Shown here in pieces: positions 35,912 to 45,372 of a stretch of 64,000 nt of DNA (its first letter is position 1; every line of letters starts with the position of its first letter). Below the pieces are notes generated by a model. That model did not search any database. It saw only the letters and a list, made by a program, of their open reading frames with translations, and was not told the DNA's origin. Source of the DNA: Candidatus Staskawiczbacteria bacterium (GTDB lineage Bacteria > Patescibacteriota > Minisyncoccia > Minisyncoccales > Staskawiczbacteraceae). A program made the position numbers and the translations under genes. The stretch covers positions 80,532-144,531 of the forward strand of contig CAILLM010000004.1 in the NCBI GenBank assembly GCA_903835075.1, read 5' to 3'.

Positions 35912-38900
35912 ATGGAAAAAATAATAACAAAACATCAAAAAATAATTTTTCTAATTTTACCAATTTTTATTGCTTTGTCTTTTTTTATTGTCCCGCAAAA
36001 AGCTTACGCTGCTAATGTGTCCTCAGTTTATGTGTCATCTGCAACAAAAACTGACGGCACAACTTACAATGCTACTATATCTAATACTGGTGTGCCTGCG
36101 AATGATAGAGCCACATATTCTGGTTTAGATGTTAATATACATCCGTACGGAGTTGGCACAATAATATATATTAATGTTTTACTTTCTTCTTCGGTGGTAA
36201 CCTCTGTTTCCGGTACGCCAACGCTTACACTTGAAACCGGAACTGTGGATAGGGCTGCTAGCTATTATTCTCTTAGTTCGGATGGAAGAACTCTAACATT
36301 TAAATACATTGTTCAAGCAGGAGACAATTCTTCTGATTTAAATTATGTTTCTAGTACTTCTTTGAGTGGTGGTACCATAAAAGTTGGCACAACAACCCTC
36401 ACAATAACATTAGTGAATCCCACAAGTAATTATTCCTTGGGTTATAATAATTCAGTTGTAATTGATACAACACCACCAACCAACTTTAGTATTACAAATC
36501 CAACGCCACCAACCACACAAGCATCAAGTAAAACAGTATCGGCAATTTCTCTCAATACGGACACGGTATCAATGTATATGGCTAAAACTCAAAATACTAC
36601 TTGTAATGGAAGTGGAAGTTTATCTTTTTTGGCTTATGTTCCCAGTACATCAATAATATTTAACAATGAATCAGACAATGGTACATATGTTTGTTTTGCG
36701 GCAGAGGATGCAGCTGGAAACTGGGCTTACGCTTTGTCTAATATTGTTTCTGGGATTGATGCAACTCCGCCATCTGTTACTTCAATAACTAGTGTTGCGG
36801 GGAGTACGGCCCCACCATATTTTGATATTACAAATGATAACAACACAGCGGTAGTATATGTAGCTTCTTCAGATGCAGTTACATGTAAGTGGGGTACTGC
36901 AGATACTAGCTATGATACCATGACGGCATGCACGTCCCTTTCAAGTTGCAATTTAACTTTTGCTGGCCTAGGAGTACATACAGCTTATATGCGATGTCTA
37001 GACGCTGCTGGAAATAAATCAACATCATCTAAAGTAGTAACTTACACAATTGACACAACGTTGCCAGCTGTTAGCTCTATAACTAGCGTTGCAGGAGATA
37101 ATAGTTCTCCATACTATGACGCCACAGATGACGGCAGTACAATAGTCAATTATGTTGCTACTTCACATGTTGCAGATTGCCATTGGAACACTTCAAACGT
37201 GCTTTATAATGCCATGGCTCATGATTGCGGGTCCTCCACAAGTTGTACGTTAAATCTTACTGGCCAAGGCTCAAAAACGGTTTTTATGCGATGTATTGAT
37301 AGCGCAGGTAATAAGGGGGACGGAGTAGCATCAGTTTATTCTTTTTTATATACGATTGATTCAATTGCCCCAGTAGCTCCAGGCACACCAGTTTTAACAA
37401 CTGGGGGTAGCACTACAACTAGCACAACGCCAAGTTTTACGGTTTCTTGCGAAACAGGAGATACTGTTTATCTTTATGATAATGGTATTGTTGCTAGTTC
37501 ATATTATACTTGTTCTAGTGGATCTGTCACGGCTGCTGTTTCCCCCGCTATTAGTAATGGCACGCACCCTATTACAGCAAAACAGCAAGATACAGCTGGT
37601 AATTGGTCTTCTGCCTCTGGGGTTGCTTCAATAGTTGTAAGCGTATTAGATACAACAGGCCCCTTTAACGTATCAGTTAGCTATGACACAACAACTACTG
37701 CAACGTCATCAGTTGTAATTACATATAATTATGGCTATGACTCTGGTTCTGGGCTAAATCTTGCTACTGGCGAGATTAGGCGCATGGTGGCTACTTATTC
37801 GGGAGGTGTTTGCGGAAGTTATTCTTATTTTACAGATTTACATTTTGGATATAATGATTCACCTTACACAGACAGCACCGTACAAACTGGGCATTGTTAT
37901 AGGTACCAATATTTAATTTATGATAATGCTGGTAATCCAGCTACAACAACGGGAGGCGTTGTTATTATCACCAATACGCCCAGCGTTCCAGGAGCACCAG
38001 GGGCACCAACTTTGTTTGTTGATAGTGTTACAGATTCAGAAATTGATTTGTCTGCAACGGCAAGCAACAATGGTAGTGCAATTACAAAGTATGAGGTTCA
38101 AAGAAGTTTAGATGGCGGAAATACTTGGGAAAATTCAACAACAGTAAGTGGTTCAACATTTATTTATCAAGATACAGACATCTCTCCATTGTTACTTGGA
38201 TTAAATAATACAGATGAAATTTCGTGGCTTTGTACTGGTACTTGTGGAGGAAGTAAAACTTGCACAGCGACAAGAACCGGCGGTACTCCTGCATATTGCG
38301 GAACTGCTGATGGTCAAATATATGACGCTGATGTAACTGGATATGGTGATGACACGCAGTGTGAGCCAGGCTCACCATCTTCAACCGCATTTCCAACTGC
38401 TGGCAACTCAGTAACATGGCATTGTAATAGCACAGATGGAGGAGAAGCTAGTGGAGATTGTACTGCCTCAAGATCAGAATCAAGCCCTGGCACTTGTAAC
38501 GCCACATATGATGGTAAGAATTTTTATGAACTTTCTTGGTCATCAAATTTATGTTCGGCAGGTGATGTGCAAAATTTCTCGGAAAATGACACTGGCTGGA
38601 CTTGGGATTGTGAAGGCACAAATAATGGAAGCACTGATAGTTGCTCGGCAAATCTTAAAGTTGACGGTGATTGTGGTTTGGCAGCGCAATCAATGTATGT
38701 GTACGAATATACTGGCACGCACCCTGGAAATTATATAACAGATTATGATTTGTGTTATGCAGGTACAGTGCCTACTGGTGACGTTTTATTGCCTTGGCAA
38801 GGAGGCTCAACTGTTTCTTGGCATTGTGGAGGGTTGAATGGAGGGTCGGCTTCTATAGAATGTAGCGCTTACAGGGAAATGCCATTACCTGAAGCTTCCT

Positions 38901-40135
38901 GTAAAGCAGTTTCTGGAGGAGAGGACGTTCCCCCAATATCACCACCATTATCTGGCAGTTGGCTAGCAAAGGGCACAGGAGGGACAGGGGTTTATTCTTA
39001 CACATGGGGTGGAGATGCCTCAGGTAATTCAATAACCTCTTCATTTAATTACACAACAGGCGTTGGTTTAAAAACAGCAACTATTGTTGTCCACTCGGGC
39101 GGATTTGATAGTTTACCAGCTACTTGCTCAATAACTGTTACAGACGGCCCTATTGATGGTATTTGTGGCAGTGCCGCAACTACATACAGAACAGGGGATT
39201 CCTTTCCTGGTGATAACCAATATTGCACGTCGGGGACTGTTTGTAAGGCAGGGTCTACCTGCCCGCCAGAAAAAGACCCAGCGTCGCTTGGGACAACAAC
39301 CACATCTTGGATATGCAAGGGTATAAATGATGGTGCAAAAGACAGTGGTACTTGCACGGCAACAAGGTTAAAAGCTCCAACAATTGGCACATTATCTTTT
39401 AACATTAACAATTGTCCTAGTGCTAGCACATCTATTTCTGGGGCTAGTATAATGGGATTTGATTGGGGCGATTATCAAGATACAAATAATGCTGGACTTT
39501 TGCAAACAGGTTTCAAATTGCAAGTTTCTGAAGACCCAAATTTCAACACAATAATATTTGAATCTACCAGTTATCACCAATTATATATTTTGCCTTCAGG
39601 CGTTCAATCAGATAATCCAAAAATTTCTTTTGCAAACCCAGCAGTGCCACGTTATTGGAGAGTCAAAATAACCAATGTTGCAGGTGATTCAGCGTGGTAT
39701 TATGGAAATAAAAATACAGAGTTAATAGATGGTAGCGGAAACCATATTTATAACGTTACAACCAACCAAGATTTAGCAGCTTCATTTACAACTCCAATTC
39801 ATCCTTATCCAAATCCTAAAATTACATTTTCAGCTTCTCCTGTAATAGTTAAAAATGCAGTGTATTTTTCAGGAAGAGATTCAGCTTGTTATGCTGATAA
39901 TGGGGCTGCTATTGATTGTTTAGATAATTGGGCTAGCTGGGCGCTAGATGGTAGTAATACTTATACTGTTTCCAAGTTAAACCCGCCAGCTCCTTATACT
40001 TACAACACAATAGGAACATATAACCAAAAACTAAAAATTACAGATGCTCAGGGATATAGTTGTACGGCACAAGAACCTTTAACTGTGAAGGCTTCGTCTA
40101 ATATTCCATTGTGGAAAGAAATATCACCATTCTAG
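35912..40135 (+). CDS. Giant (1407 aa) secreted multi-domain surface protein: Ig-like tandem repeats, FN3, four four-Cys modules, and a C-terminal PKD-like domain
   Basis: Signal peptide ending AYA. Repeated IDTTPP/IDATPP/IDTTLP/IDSIAP domain boundaries. FN3-like PGAPTLFVDSVTDSEIDLS...YEVQRSLDGGNTW. Cys modules such as YCGTADGQ...WHCNSTDGGEASGDCTA. PKD-like YTYNTIGTYNQKLKITDAQG. Confidence 0.8.
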   Translation: MEKIITKHQKIIFLILPIFIALSFFIVPQKAYAANVSSVYVSSATKTDGTTYNATISNTGVPANDRATYSGLDVNIHPYGVGTIIYINVLLSSSVVTSVSGTPTLTLETGTVDRAASYYSLSSDGRTLTFKYIVQAGDNSSDLNYVSSTSLSGGTIKVGTTTLTITLVNPTSNYSLGYNNSVVIDTTPPTNFSITNPTPPTTQASSKTVSAISLNTDTVSMYMAKTQNTTCNGSGSLSFLAYVPSTSIIFNNESDNGTYVCFAAEDAAGNWAYALSNIVSGIDATPPSVTSITSVAGSTAPPYFDITNDNNTAVVYVASSDAVTCKWGTADTSYDTMTACTSLSSCNLTFAGLGVHTAYMRCLDAAGNKSTSSKVVTYTIDTTLPAVSSITSVAGDNSSPYYDATDDGSTIVNYVATSHVADCHWNTSNVLYNAMAHDCGSSTSCTLNLTGQGSKTVFMRCIDSAGNKGDGVASVYSFLYTIDSIAPVAPGTPVLTTGGSTTTSTTPSFTVSCETGDTVYLYDNGIVASSYYTCSSGSVTAAVSPAISNGTHPITAKQQDTAGNWSSASGVASIVVSVLDTTGPFNVSVSYDTTTTATSSVVITYNYGYDSGSGLNLATGEIRRMVATYSGGVCGSYSYFTDLHFGYNDSPYTDSTVQTGHCYRYQYLIYDNAGNPATTTGGVVIITNTPSVPGAPGAPTLFVDSVTDSEIDLSATASNNGSAITKYEVQRSLDGGNTWENSTTVSGSTFIYQDTDISPLLLGLNNTDEISWLCTGTCGGSKTCTATRTGGTPAYCGTADGQIYDADVTGYGDDTQCEPGSPSSTAFPTAGNSVTWHCNSTDGGEASGDCTASRSESSPGTCNATYDGKNFYELSWSSNLCSAGDVQNFSENDTGWTWDCEGTNNGSTDSCSANLKVDGDCGLAAQSMYVYEYTGTHPGNYITDYDLCYAGTVPTGDVLLPWQGGSTVSWHCGGLNGGSASIECSAYREMPLPEASCKAVSGGEDVPPISPPLSGSWLAKGTGGTGVYSYTWGGDASGNSITSSFNYTTGVGLKTATIVVHSGGFDSLPATCSITVTDGPIDGICGSAATTYRTGDSFPGDNQYCTSGTVCKAGSTCPPEKDPASLGTTTTSWICKGINDGAKDSGTCTATRLKAPTIGTLSFNINNCPSASTSISGASIMGFDWGDYQDTNNAGLLQTGFKLQVSEDPNFNTIIFESTSYHQLYILPSGVQSDNPKISFANPAVPRYWRVKITNVAGDSAWYYGNKNTELIDGSGNHIYNVTTNQDLAASFTTPIHPYPNPKITFSASPVIVKNAVYFSGRDSACYADNGAAIDCLDNWASWALDGSNTYTVSKLNPPAPYTYNTIGTYNQKLKITDAQGYSCTAQEPLTVKASSNIPLWKEISPF
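36764..37372 (+). repeat. Tandem duplication of a ~100-aa Ig-like domain inside the giant surface gene
   Basis: PPSVTSITSVAGSTAPPYFDITNDNNTAVVYVA...AYMRCLDAAGNKS...YTIDTT aligns with LPAVSSITSVAGDNSSPYYDATDDGSTIVNYVA...VFMRCIDSAGNKG...YTIDSI. Confidence 0.8.
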
Positions 40136-40152
40136 AATTGTAAATAAAATAT

Positions 40153-40548
40153 ATGATACAGGAAGAATTCGAAAAATTAGTTGAGCAGGGAATTGATGCA
40201 ATTGACGAAAAGTTTTTATCTGCGTTGAAAAATGTTGAAATTGTTATTGAAGACGACCCCACGCCAGCTCAAATAGAAAAATTAAAACTTCACGGGGCAA
40301 TGCTTTTTGGTTTGTATGAAGGTGTGCCGTTAACAAAAAGACAATCTTACGGACAAGTTTTACCCGATAAAATTACAATTTTTAAAAATCAAATTGAGAG
40401 GGCCTGCCCTGAGCCTGCCGAAGGGTCTATGTCTCATAGAGAGTGTATTAAAAAAATAGTTACCAATACTGTTTGGCACGAAATAGCTCATCATTTTGGA
40501 ATGGATGAAGAGCAAGTACGTTCGGCAGAACGTAAACGAAGCAGCTAA
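40153..40548 (+). CDS. DUF1025-type putative zinc metallopeptidase (zincin-like)
   Basis: N-terminal EFEKLVEQGIDAIDEKFL..L.NVEIVIEDDP, then LFGLYEGVPLTKR and the HEIAHHFG zinc motif. Confidence 0.75.
   Translation: MIQEEFEKLVEQGIDAIDEKFLSALKNVEIVIEDDPTPAQIEKLKLHGAMLFGLYEGVPLTKRQSYGQVLPDKITIFKNQIERACPEPAEGSMSHRECIKKIVTNTVWHEIAHHFGMDEEQVRSAERKRSS
40400..40427 (+). repeat. GC-rich hairpin mini-insert, in frame (encodes ACPEPAEGS)
   Basis: gggcctgccctgagcctgccgaagggtc. Stem ccct/aggg around an 11-nt loop, with the core CCTGAG-N5-CGAAGG. Confidence 0.5.
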
Positions 40549-40550
40549 GC

Positions 40551-40576
40551 AAAAAAATCTCCTTTCGGAGATTTTT
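40551..40576. terminator. Bidirectional rho-independent terminator between convergent genes
   Basis: aaaaaatctcc-tttc-ggagatttttt: a perfect hairpin flanked by an A-run and a T-run. Confidence 0.85.
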
Positions 40577-40583
40577 TATTGTT

Positions 40584-41222
40584 TTATTTTCTGCCCTCTA
40601 GCGCGGATTTTAATGTTTCGTCGTCGGCGTATTCAAGTTCTCCGCCAACAGGAATTCCTCTGGCCAAGTGAGTGATCTTCCAGCCCGAGGCTGGTCCGCC
40701 TTGGGCGGATGAGATTTCTTTAATTACTTGCTCTATCAATACAGAAGTTGTTCGGCCCTCGGGCGTTGGATTTAAGGCAACAATAATTTCCGAAAAGTTA
40801 TTTTGTAAAATACGTTTTTTTAATTCTTCAACGCGCAAGTGACCAGTATCTTCTTTTCTCATTGTGGCAACTGTTCCGCCTAAAATAAAATATAGACCGT
40901 TAAATTTTTTTGTGTTTTCAATTGAAATTAAATCAGTTTCTTTTTCTATAATGCAAAGCAAATTTTTATTTCGTGCTGGATTTCTGCAGATAAAACAGAT
41001 GCCATCATCTATTTTACCCTGAGCGGAGTCGAAGGGTTCGTAGGGGTTAAAACAAAATTCGCAAAGTTTTATTTTATTTTTTAATTCTAAAATTGCATTA
41101 ATTAATTCATCAGTTTTTTCTTTTGGTAATTTCATCAAGTAGTAAGCAAAACGGCCAGCTGTTCGTGAGCCAACCGTTGGAAATTTTCTAAAAATATTTA
41201 TAAGTTTGTTTACAGTATCCAT
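40584..41222 (-). CDS. recR: Recombination protein RecR (carries two short insertions)
   Basis: HhH N-terminus (FPTVGSRTAGRFAYYL), a Cys4 zinc finger (CEFC...CFIC), Toprim (LCIIEKETDLISIE), and a C-terminal HLARGIPVGGELEYADDETL. Confidence 0.9.
   Translation of the reverse strand: MDTVNKLINIFRKFPTVGSRTAGRFAYYLMKLPKEKTDELINAILELKNKIKLCEFCFNPYEPFDSAQGKIDDGICFICRNPARNKNLLCIIEKETDLISIENTKKFNGLYFILGGTVATMRKEDTGHLRVEELKKRILQNNFSEIIVALNPTPEGRTTSVLIEQVIKEISSAQGGPASGWKITHLARGIPVGGELEYADDETLKSALEGRK
40679..40708. repeat. Twin perfect 6-bp GC hairpins, in frame in recR (encode SAQGGPASGW on the minus strand)
   Basis: ccagcc-cga-ggctgg (40679-40693) is immediately followed by tccgcc-ttg-ggcgga (40694-40708). 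Confidence 0.55.
41016..41047. repeat. GC-rich hairpin mini-insert inside the recR zinc-finger loop (encodes PFDSAQGK on the minus strand)
   Basis: accctgagcggagtcgaagggt has the core CCTGAG-N6-CGAAGG with stem accct/agggt. It widens the finger to C-x2-C-x18-C-x2-C. Confidence 0.55.
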
Positions 41223-41230
41223 AACTGAAA

Positions 41231-41251
41231 ATTTCTAATTTCTAATTTCTA
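41231..41251. repeat. 7-nt microsatellite (atttcta)x3 at the dnaB stop / recR upstream junction
   Basis: Three perfect tandem copies plus a partial fourth. The third copy contains the dnaB TAG stop (complement of 41249-41251). Confidence 0.8.
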
Positions 41252-42607
41252 ATTTTCTCCAGTTTCGGGAGTGTAGGCATTTTTATCTAGGTTTCTAAAG
41301 CTTACTCTGTGGTCATCAAAGTATAAATCAACCGAACCAACCGGTCCATTTCTATGTTTTTCAATCATAACTTTTGCAATATTGGGGTTCAAGCTATTTT
41401 CTGAATATTTATCTTCTCTGTAAATCATTAATACAACATCTGCATCTTGCTCAATAGCTCCAGATTCTCTTAAATCTGAAAGTTTAGGTATTGAAGGTGT
41501 TCTCTGTTCAACAGCACGAGATAACTGTGAAAGCACTAGTACCGGAATATTCAGCTCTTTTGCTAACATTTTTAAAGCACGCGAGTTTTCTGTTACTTGT
41601 TGAACCGGTGAGGCAAAGCGGTTCATAGGTTCCATTAACTGCAAATAATCAATAACAATCAAAGACAATCCTTTTGTTGCCTGCAATCTTCTAGCCATGG
41701 CTCTAATTTGTAGAATGTTAACAGAACCAGCGTCATCTATATATAAAGGTGCATCAGATAAACTTCCCATAGCATGCTGTAACCGTGAGTAATCATCTTG
41801 TGCAAGCCTTCCATTTCGTAGGTTCCACAAATTTATGTTTGCTAAGCTGGCCAAAAGTCTGTCAGCCAATTGATCTTTAGACATTTCAAGACTGAAAAGA
41901 CCAACTGGTTGATTCCCTAAAACAGCCGCGTTTCTGGCAATATCTAAAGCCAAGGAGGTTTTTCCCATAGAAGGTCTGGCTGCTAAAATAACTAAATCAG
42001 ATTTTTGTAAACCACCTAAAATTTTATCTAAATCAACAAATCCGGTTGAAACTCCACGTAATTGTCCTGTGTTTTTAGAAAGTTCATCAATTCTTTCAAA
42101 AGTGTTTGCAAGAATATCTTTTATTGGCACAAAAGATTGGCTTAACGATCTTTGTCCAATGCCAAAAACAATTTTTTCAGCCTTATCAAGTAAAATATCA
42201 ACTTCTTCTGTTTCATCAAAAGCAGAAAGTCCAATTTCTTCAGAAGCTGAAATTAAGTCGCGTAGAATCTTTTTTTGTCTTACAATTTTGGCATAATTAT
42301 AAACGTGAGTGGCCGTTGGTACAGTATTTATTAAAGAAGTTAAATAGGCTGAACCTCCAATGTCTTCTAATCTATTTCTTTCTTTCAATTTTGCTGAAAC
42401 AGACAGTATGTCAATTGGTTCTGATTTCTCATACAAATTAACCATTACTTGATAAATGTCTTGGTGGATGCTTCTGTAAAAATCTTCAGATCTAATAAAA
42501 TCAACAACTTTTACAATTGCCTCTTTATCCAACATCAAACAGCCAAGCAAAGATTGCTCAGCATCATTATTTTGTGGTGGTAATTTGTCTACGCCTTCTT
42601 TAGCCAT
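41249..42607 (-). CDS. dnaB: Replicative DNA helicase DnaB
   Basis: N-terminal PPQNNDAEQSLLGC, Walker A AARPSMGKTS, Walker B LIVIDYLQLM, and a RecA-like C-terminal domain. No intein. Confidence 0.96.
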   Translation of the reverse strand: MAKEGVDKLPPQNNDAEQSLLGCLMLDKEAIVKVVDFIRSEDFYRSIHQDIYQVMVNLYEKSEPIDILSVSAKLKERNRLEDIGGSAYLTSLINTVPTATHVYNYAKIVRQKKILRDLISASEEIGLSAFDETEEVDILLDKAEKIVFGIGQRSLSQSFVPIKDILANTFERIDELSKNTGQLRGVSTGFVDLDKILGGLQKSDLVILAARPSMGKTSLALDIARNAAVLGNQPVGLFSLEMSKDQLADRLLASLANINLWNLRNGRLAQDDYSRLQHAMGSLSDAPLYIDDAGSVNILQIRAMARRLQATKGLSLIVIDYLQLMEPMNRFASPVQQVTENSRALKMLAKELNIPVLVLSQLSRAVEQRTPSIPKLSDLRESGAIEQDADVVLMIYREDKYSENSLNPNIAKVMIEKHRNGPVGSVDLYFDDHRVSFRNLDKNAYTPETGEN

Positions 42608-42657
42608 AATAATATATCTTATACACCGGCGATTTTAAAAGCAAGAGGATAAAGTGT

Positions 42658-44055
42658 TTATAAACTTTTTATGTCAGAACCGTTTTTTGTGTCTTCTACG
42701 GCGAAGCCTTGCTTTTCAATTTGAGCTCTAACTTCATCAGCTTTTTGCCACTCTTTATTTTCGCGATGAACTTCACGCAACTTTGCTAATTTTTTTATTT
42801 CAGCAGGAATTGTTTTATTCACTTTTTCAAAATTTATAATTCCAAAAACTTTATTAATTTGTTGGAAAAATTTATAAATTTCGCCAGCATCTTTTTTGGA
42901 AATTAAATCTTTTTCCATTAAAATATTTATTTTGCCAATAAATCCAAACATTACGGCAAAAGCTTTCGGAGTGTTAAAATCATCATCAAGCTCTTTGTAA
43001 AAACTATTCGAAAAATCTTTTATAATTTTTGAAGATGAGGTTTTTATTTTTGAGTTATTATTTTTTAATTTTCTTAGGAATTCTTCTATTTTTTCAACAG
43101 CTGATTTTACCTCTATCATTGCAGATTCAGAATAATCAAAAGGTGAGCTCCATAAGTTTTTAACAATAAAGAATCTTAAATAGTTTGCCGGGCATCTTTT
43201 CAAAAAGTCTCCTATTGTTATAAAGTTCCCAATGGATTTACCCATTTTTTGCTCGTTTACCGTTAAAAACCCTGTATGCATCCAATATTTTGCCATAGGT
43301 CTTTTACCGGAAATTGCTTCCATTAAGCTTATTTCGGCCTCGTGGTGAGGAAATATCAAATCGCGCGAGCCTCCATGAATGTCATATTGTGCGCCAAATA
43401 ATTTTTCGGTAATGGCCGTGTCTTCAATGTGCCAGCCTGGCCTTCCAGCTCCAAATGGGGCTGGCCAGGAAGGTTCTGACTCGTCAGATGTCTCAGTAAA
43501 TTTCCAAATGCAGAAGTCGCCTCTATTTTTTTTATCTTTGCTATAATCTATTCGCGTTACGGCATCTTCTGCGCCAAGGGCGGTTCTGCCCGCTAATTTA
43601 CCATAATTTTTAAACTTTGCAATATTATAATAAATTCCGTCACCTTCAATTTTATAGGCGTATCCTTTTTCTTCTAACCTTTGTATTTGGCTGATTATCT
43701 GTTTTATGTAATCAGTGGCTCTGGCATATTTTGAAATACCGTCAACCCCTAAGGTTTTCATGTCTTTCAAGTGCTCTTTTTCAAAGGCAATTGCCAAGTC
43801 TTTTGGGGTGACGCCTTTTTCTCGGGCGCGCGCAATAATTTTATCATCTAAATCGGTTATGTTTTGCAAATAAAAAACAGTAAACCCTTGCAACCTTAAA
43901 TATTTTACAAATGCGTCAAAAATAACATAAGTTCTGGCGTGCCCAATATGAGAATAATCATAAACAGTTGGGCCACAAACAAATAAATTTATTTTTTTAC
44001 CACTTGCTGGTTTCAAAGTATCTTTTTTCCCAGATAATGTATTATATATTTTCAT
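42658..44055 (-). CDS. cysS: Cysteine--tRNA ligase
   Basis: CGPTVYDYSHIGHAR (HIGH), KMGKSIGN (KMSKS), and the WHIEDTA zinc-site context. Confidence 0.96.
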   Translation of the reverse strand: MKIYNTLSGKKDTLKPASGKKINLFVCGPTVYDYSHIGHARTYVIFDAFVKYLRLQGFTVFYLQNITDLDDKIIARAREKGVTPKDLAIAFEKEHLKDMKTLGVDGISKYARATDYIKQIISQIQRLEEKGYAYKIEGDGIYYNIAKFKNYGKLAGRTALGAEDAVTRIDYSKDKKNRGDFCIWKFTETSDESEPSWPAPFGAGRPGWHIEDTAITEKLFGAQYDIHGGSRDLIFPHHEAEISLMEAISGKRPMAKYWMHTGFLTVNEQKMGKSIGNFITIGDFLKRCPANYLRFFIVKNLWSSPFDYSESAMIEVKSAVEKIEEFLRKLKNNNSKIKTSSSKIIKDFSNSFYKELDDDFNTPKAFAVMFGFIGKINILMEKDLISKKDAGEIYKFFQQINKVFGIINFEKVNKTIPAEIKKLAKLREVHRENKEWQKADEVRAQIEKQGFAVEDTKNGSDIKSL

Positions 44056-44056
44056 T

Positions 44057-44716
44057 TTATTTTATTTTTTTGAATTCTTTTGTGACAATTTTATTTTTTA
44101 TATACCCCTTGCTGTTTAGTTCTAGTATTCTTGCAAGAATACTCAGGAAAGAAAAGATTAAAGAAAGCCAAATTATATCAATGAAAAATATTGATGGCTC
44201 ATGTGGCCAAGCTATTAATATGGCAATAAATACAAGCAATAACAAGGCCATTTTAACTTTTCCAAAAATATTTGCTTTAACGTCAGATTCTTTTGATTTA
44301 TGAAATAACGAGACTAAAGCCCCTATAATTTCTACTGAAAGCAACAACAAAAGCAACCATCTGTGATGTGCATCTAAGCTGTAAATTGCAATTGGAAGTA
44401 TCAATATTCTATCAGCTAGTGGGTCTAACATTGTACCAAATTCAGTTATCTTGTCTAGGCCCCTTGCTACAGAACCATCAAATAAGTCAGTTAAAACCCC
44501 CACACAAAATAAAGAAACAATTAGAGCTTTGTTTTCTATCCCAAAATAAAAAAGCAAAACAAATAATAATAATCCTATGGCAAGCCTTATGTATGTTAGT
44601 TGGTTTGGGGTTATTTTTCTAGGCCAGTAGGGCTTTATAAAAACAAAGAGAATTTCATCTCTATAATAGTCTAATTTTTCCAAGAAATCTTTAAATTTTT
44701 CTATAAGATTGTTCAT
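44057..44716 (-). CDS. CDP-alcohol phosphatidyltransferase family protein
   Basis: DLFDGSVARGLDKITEFGTMLDPLADR matches D-G-x2-A-R-x8-G-x3-D-x3-D. Multi-TM protein. Confidence 0.85.
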   Translation of the reverse strand: MNNLIEKFKDFLEKLDYYRDEILFVFIKPYWPRKITPNQLTYIRLAIGLLLFVLLFYFGIENKALIVSLFCVGVLTDLFDGSVARGLDKITEFGTMLDPLADRILILPIAIYSLDAHHRWLLLLLLSVEIIGALVSLFHKSKESDVKANIFGKVKMALLLLVFIAILIAWPHEPSIFFIDIIWLSLIFSFLSILARILELNSKGYIKNKIVTKEFKKIK

Positions 44717-44803
44717 AAGTAAGATTATGTCATATTAACAGATTTTTTGCTACTTGTTAATAGCAATTTGTTTGTGGTAATATGACCTAATAAAAATAAA
44801 CAT

Positions 44804-45355
44804 ATGAATAAAAAAGATATATTGTTTGCATTTTTGTGTGGGTTGGCAGTGGCTTGGATAGCCTCAGACTTCATAACTAAATATGGCTGGTTATTTTATA
44901 TTGTTTTACCCCTACTTTCTATACTTGGTTTGTGGGTAGTTGAATTAATTGGGCGAAAATTTTTGTTTGCTCACCAAGCAGGTAAGTTTGCTTTGGCGGG
45001 CGCATTTGCTGATGTTGTTGATATAAAGGTTTATCAGCTAGTAATTTTGGCTTTGCCATTTTCTATTGTTATAAAAGCATTTTCATTTTTAGTGGCAACT
45101 GCTATAAAATATTGGGCAAACAAAACGTGGTCATTTTCTGCTCAAAATAATCCAGCCAAGGGCTGGGAAATACTAAAATTTTTTAGCGTAACAATTGTTG
45201 GGTTAATAATAGATATTGCTGCTTTTTATTATTTAGAAAAAGTTCACATTGGAATTTCAGCAACTCTTTGGTTGGAATTATGCATAATAATTGCAGCTCT
45301 AATTACTGCAATTTGGAACTTTCTTGGTTACAAGTTTTTAGTATTTAAAAAATAA
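44804..45355 (+). CDS. GtrA-like membrane protein
   Basis: Four to five TM helices and the C-terminal WNFLGYKFLVFKK typical of the GtrA family. Confidence 0.6.
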   Translation: MNKKDILFAFLCGLAVAWIASDFITKYGWLFYIVLPLLSILGLWVVELIGRKFLFAHQAGKFALAGAFADVVDIKVYQLVILALPFSIVIKAFSFLVATAIKYWANKTWSFSAQNNPAKGWEILKFFSVTIVGLIIDIAAFYYLEKVHIGISATLWLELCIIIAALITAIWNFLGYKFLVFKK

Positions 45356-45372
45356 AATTATTTTTTAATATT

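Noticed and set aside
36462-39580. Several 62-126-aa alternate-frame ORFs inside the 1407-aa surface gene (for example 39049..39429-).
   Set aside because: The long frame is continuous for 4.2 kb with signal peptide and recognisable Ig/FN3/PKD patterns. The nested ORFs have no start context or motifs.
41231-41251. The repeated atttcta units, considered as a possible CRISPR or regulatory array.
   Set aside because: There are only three contiguous 7-nt units with no spacers. This is a simple microsatellite at a gene junction. No CRISPR-like repeat-spacer structure exists anywhere in the window.
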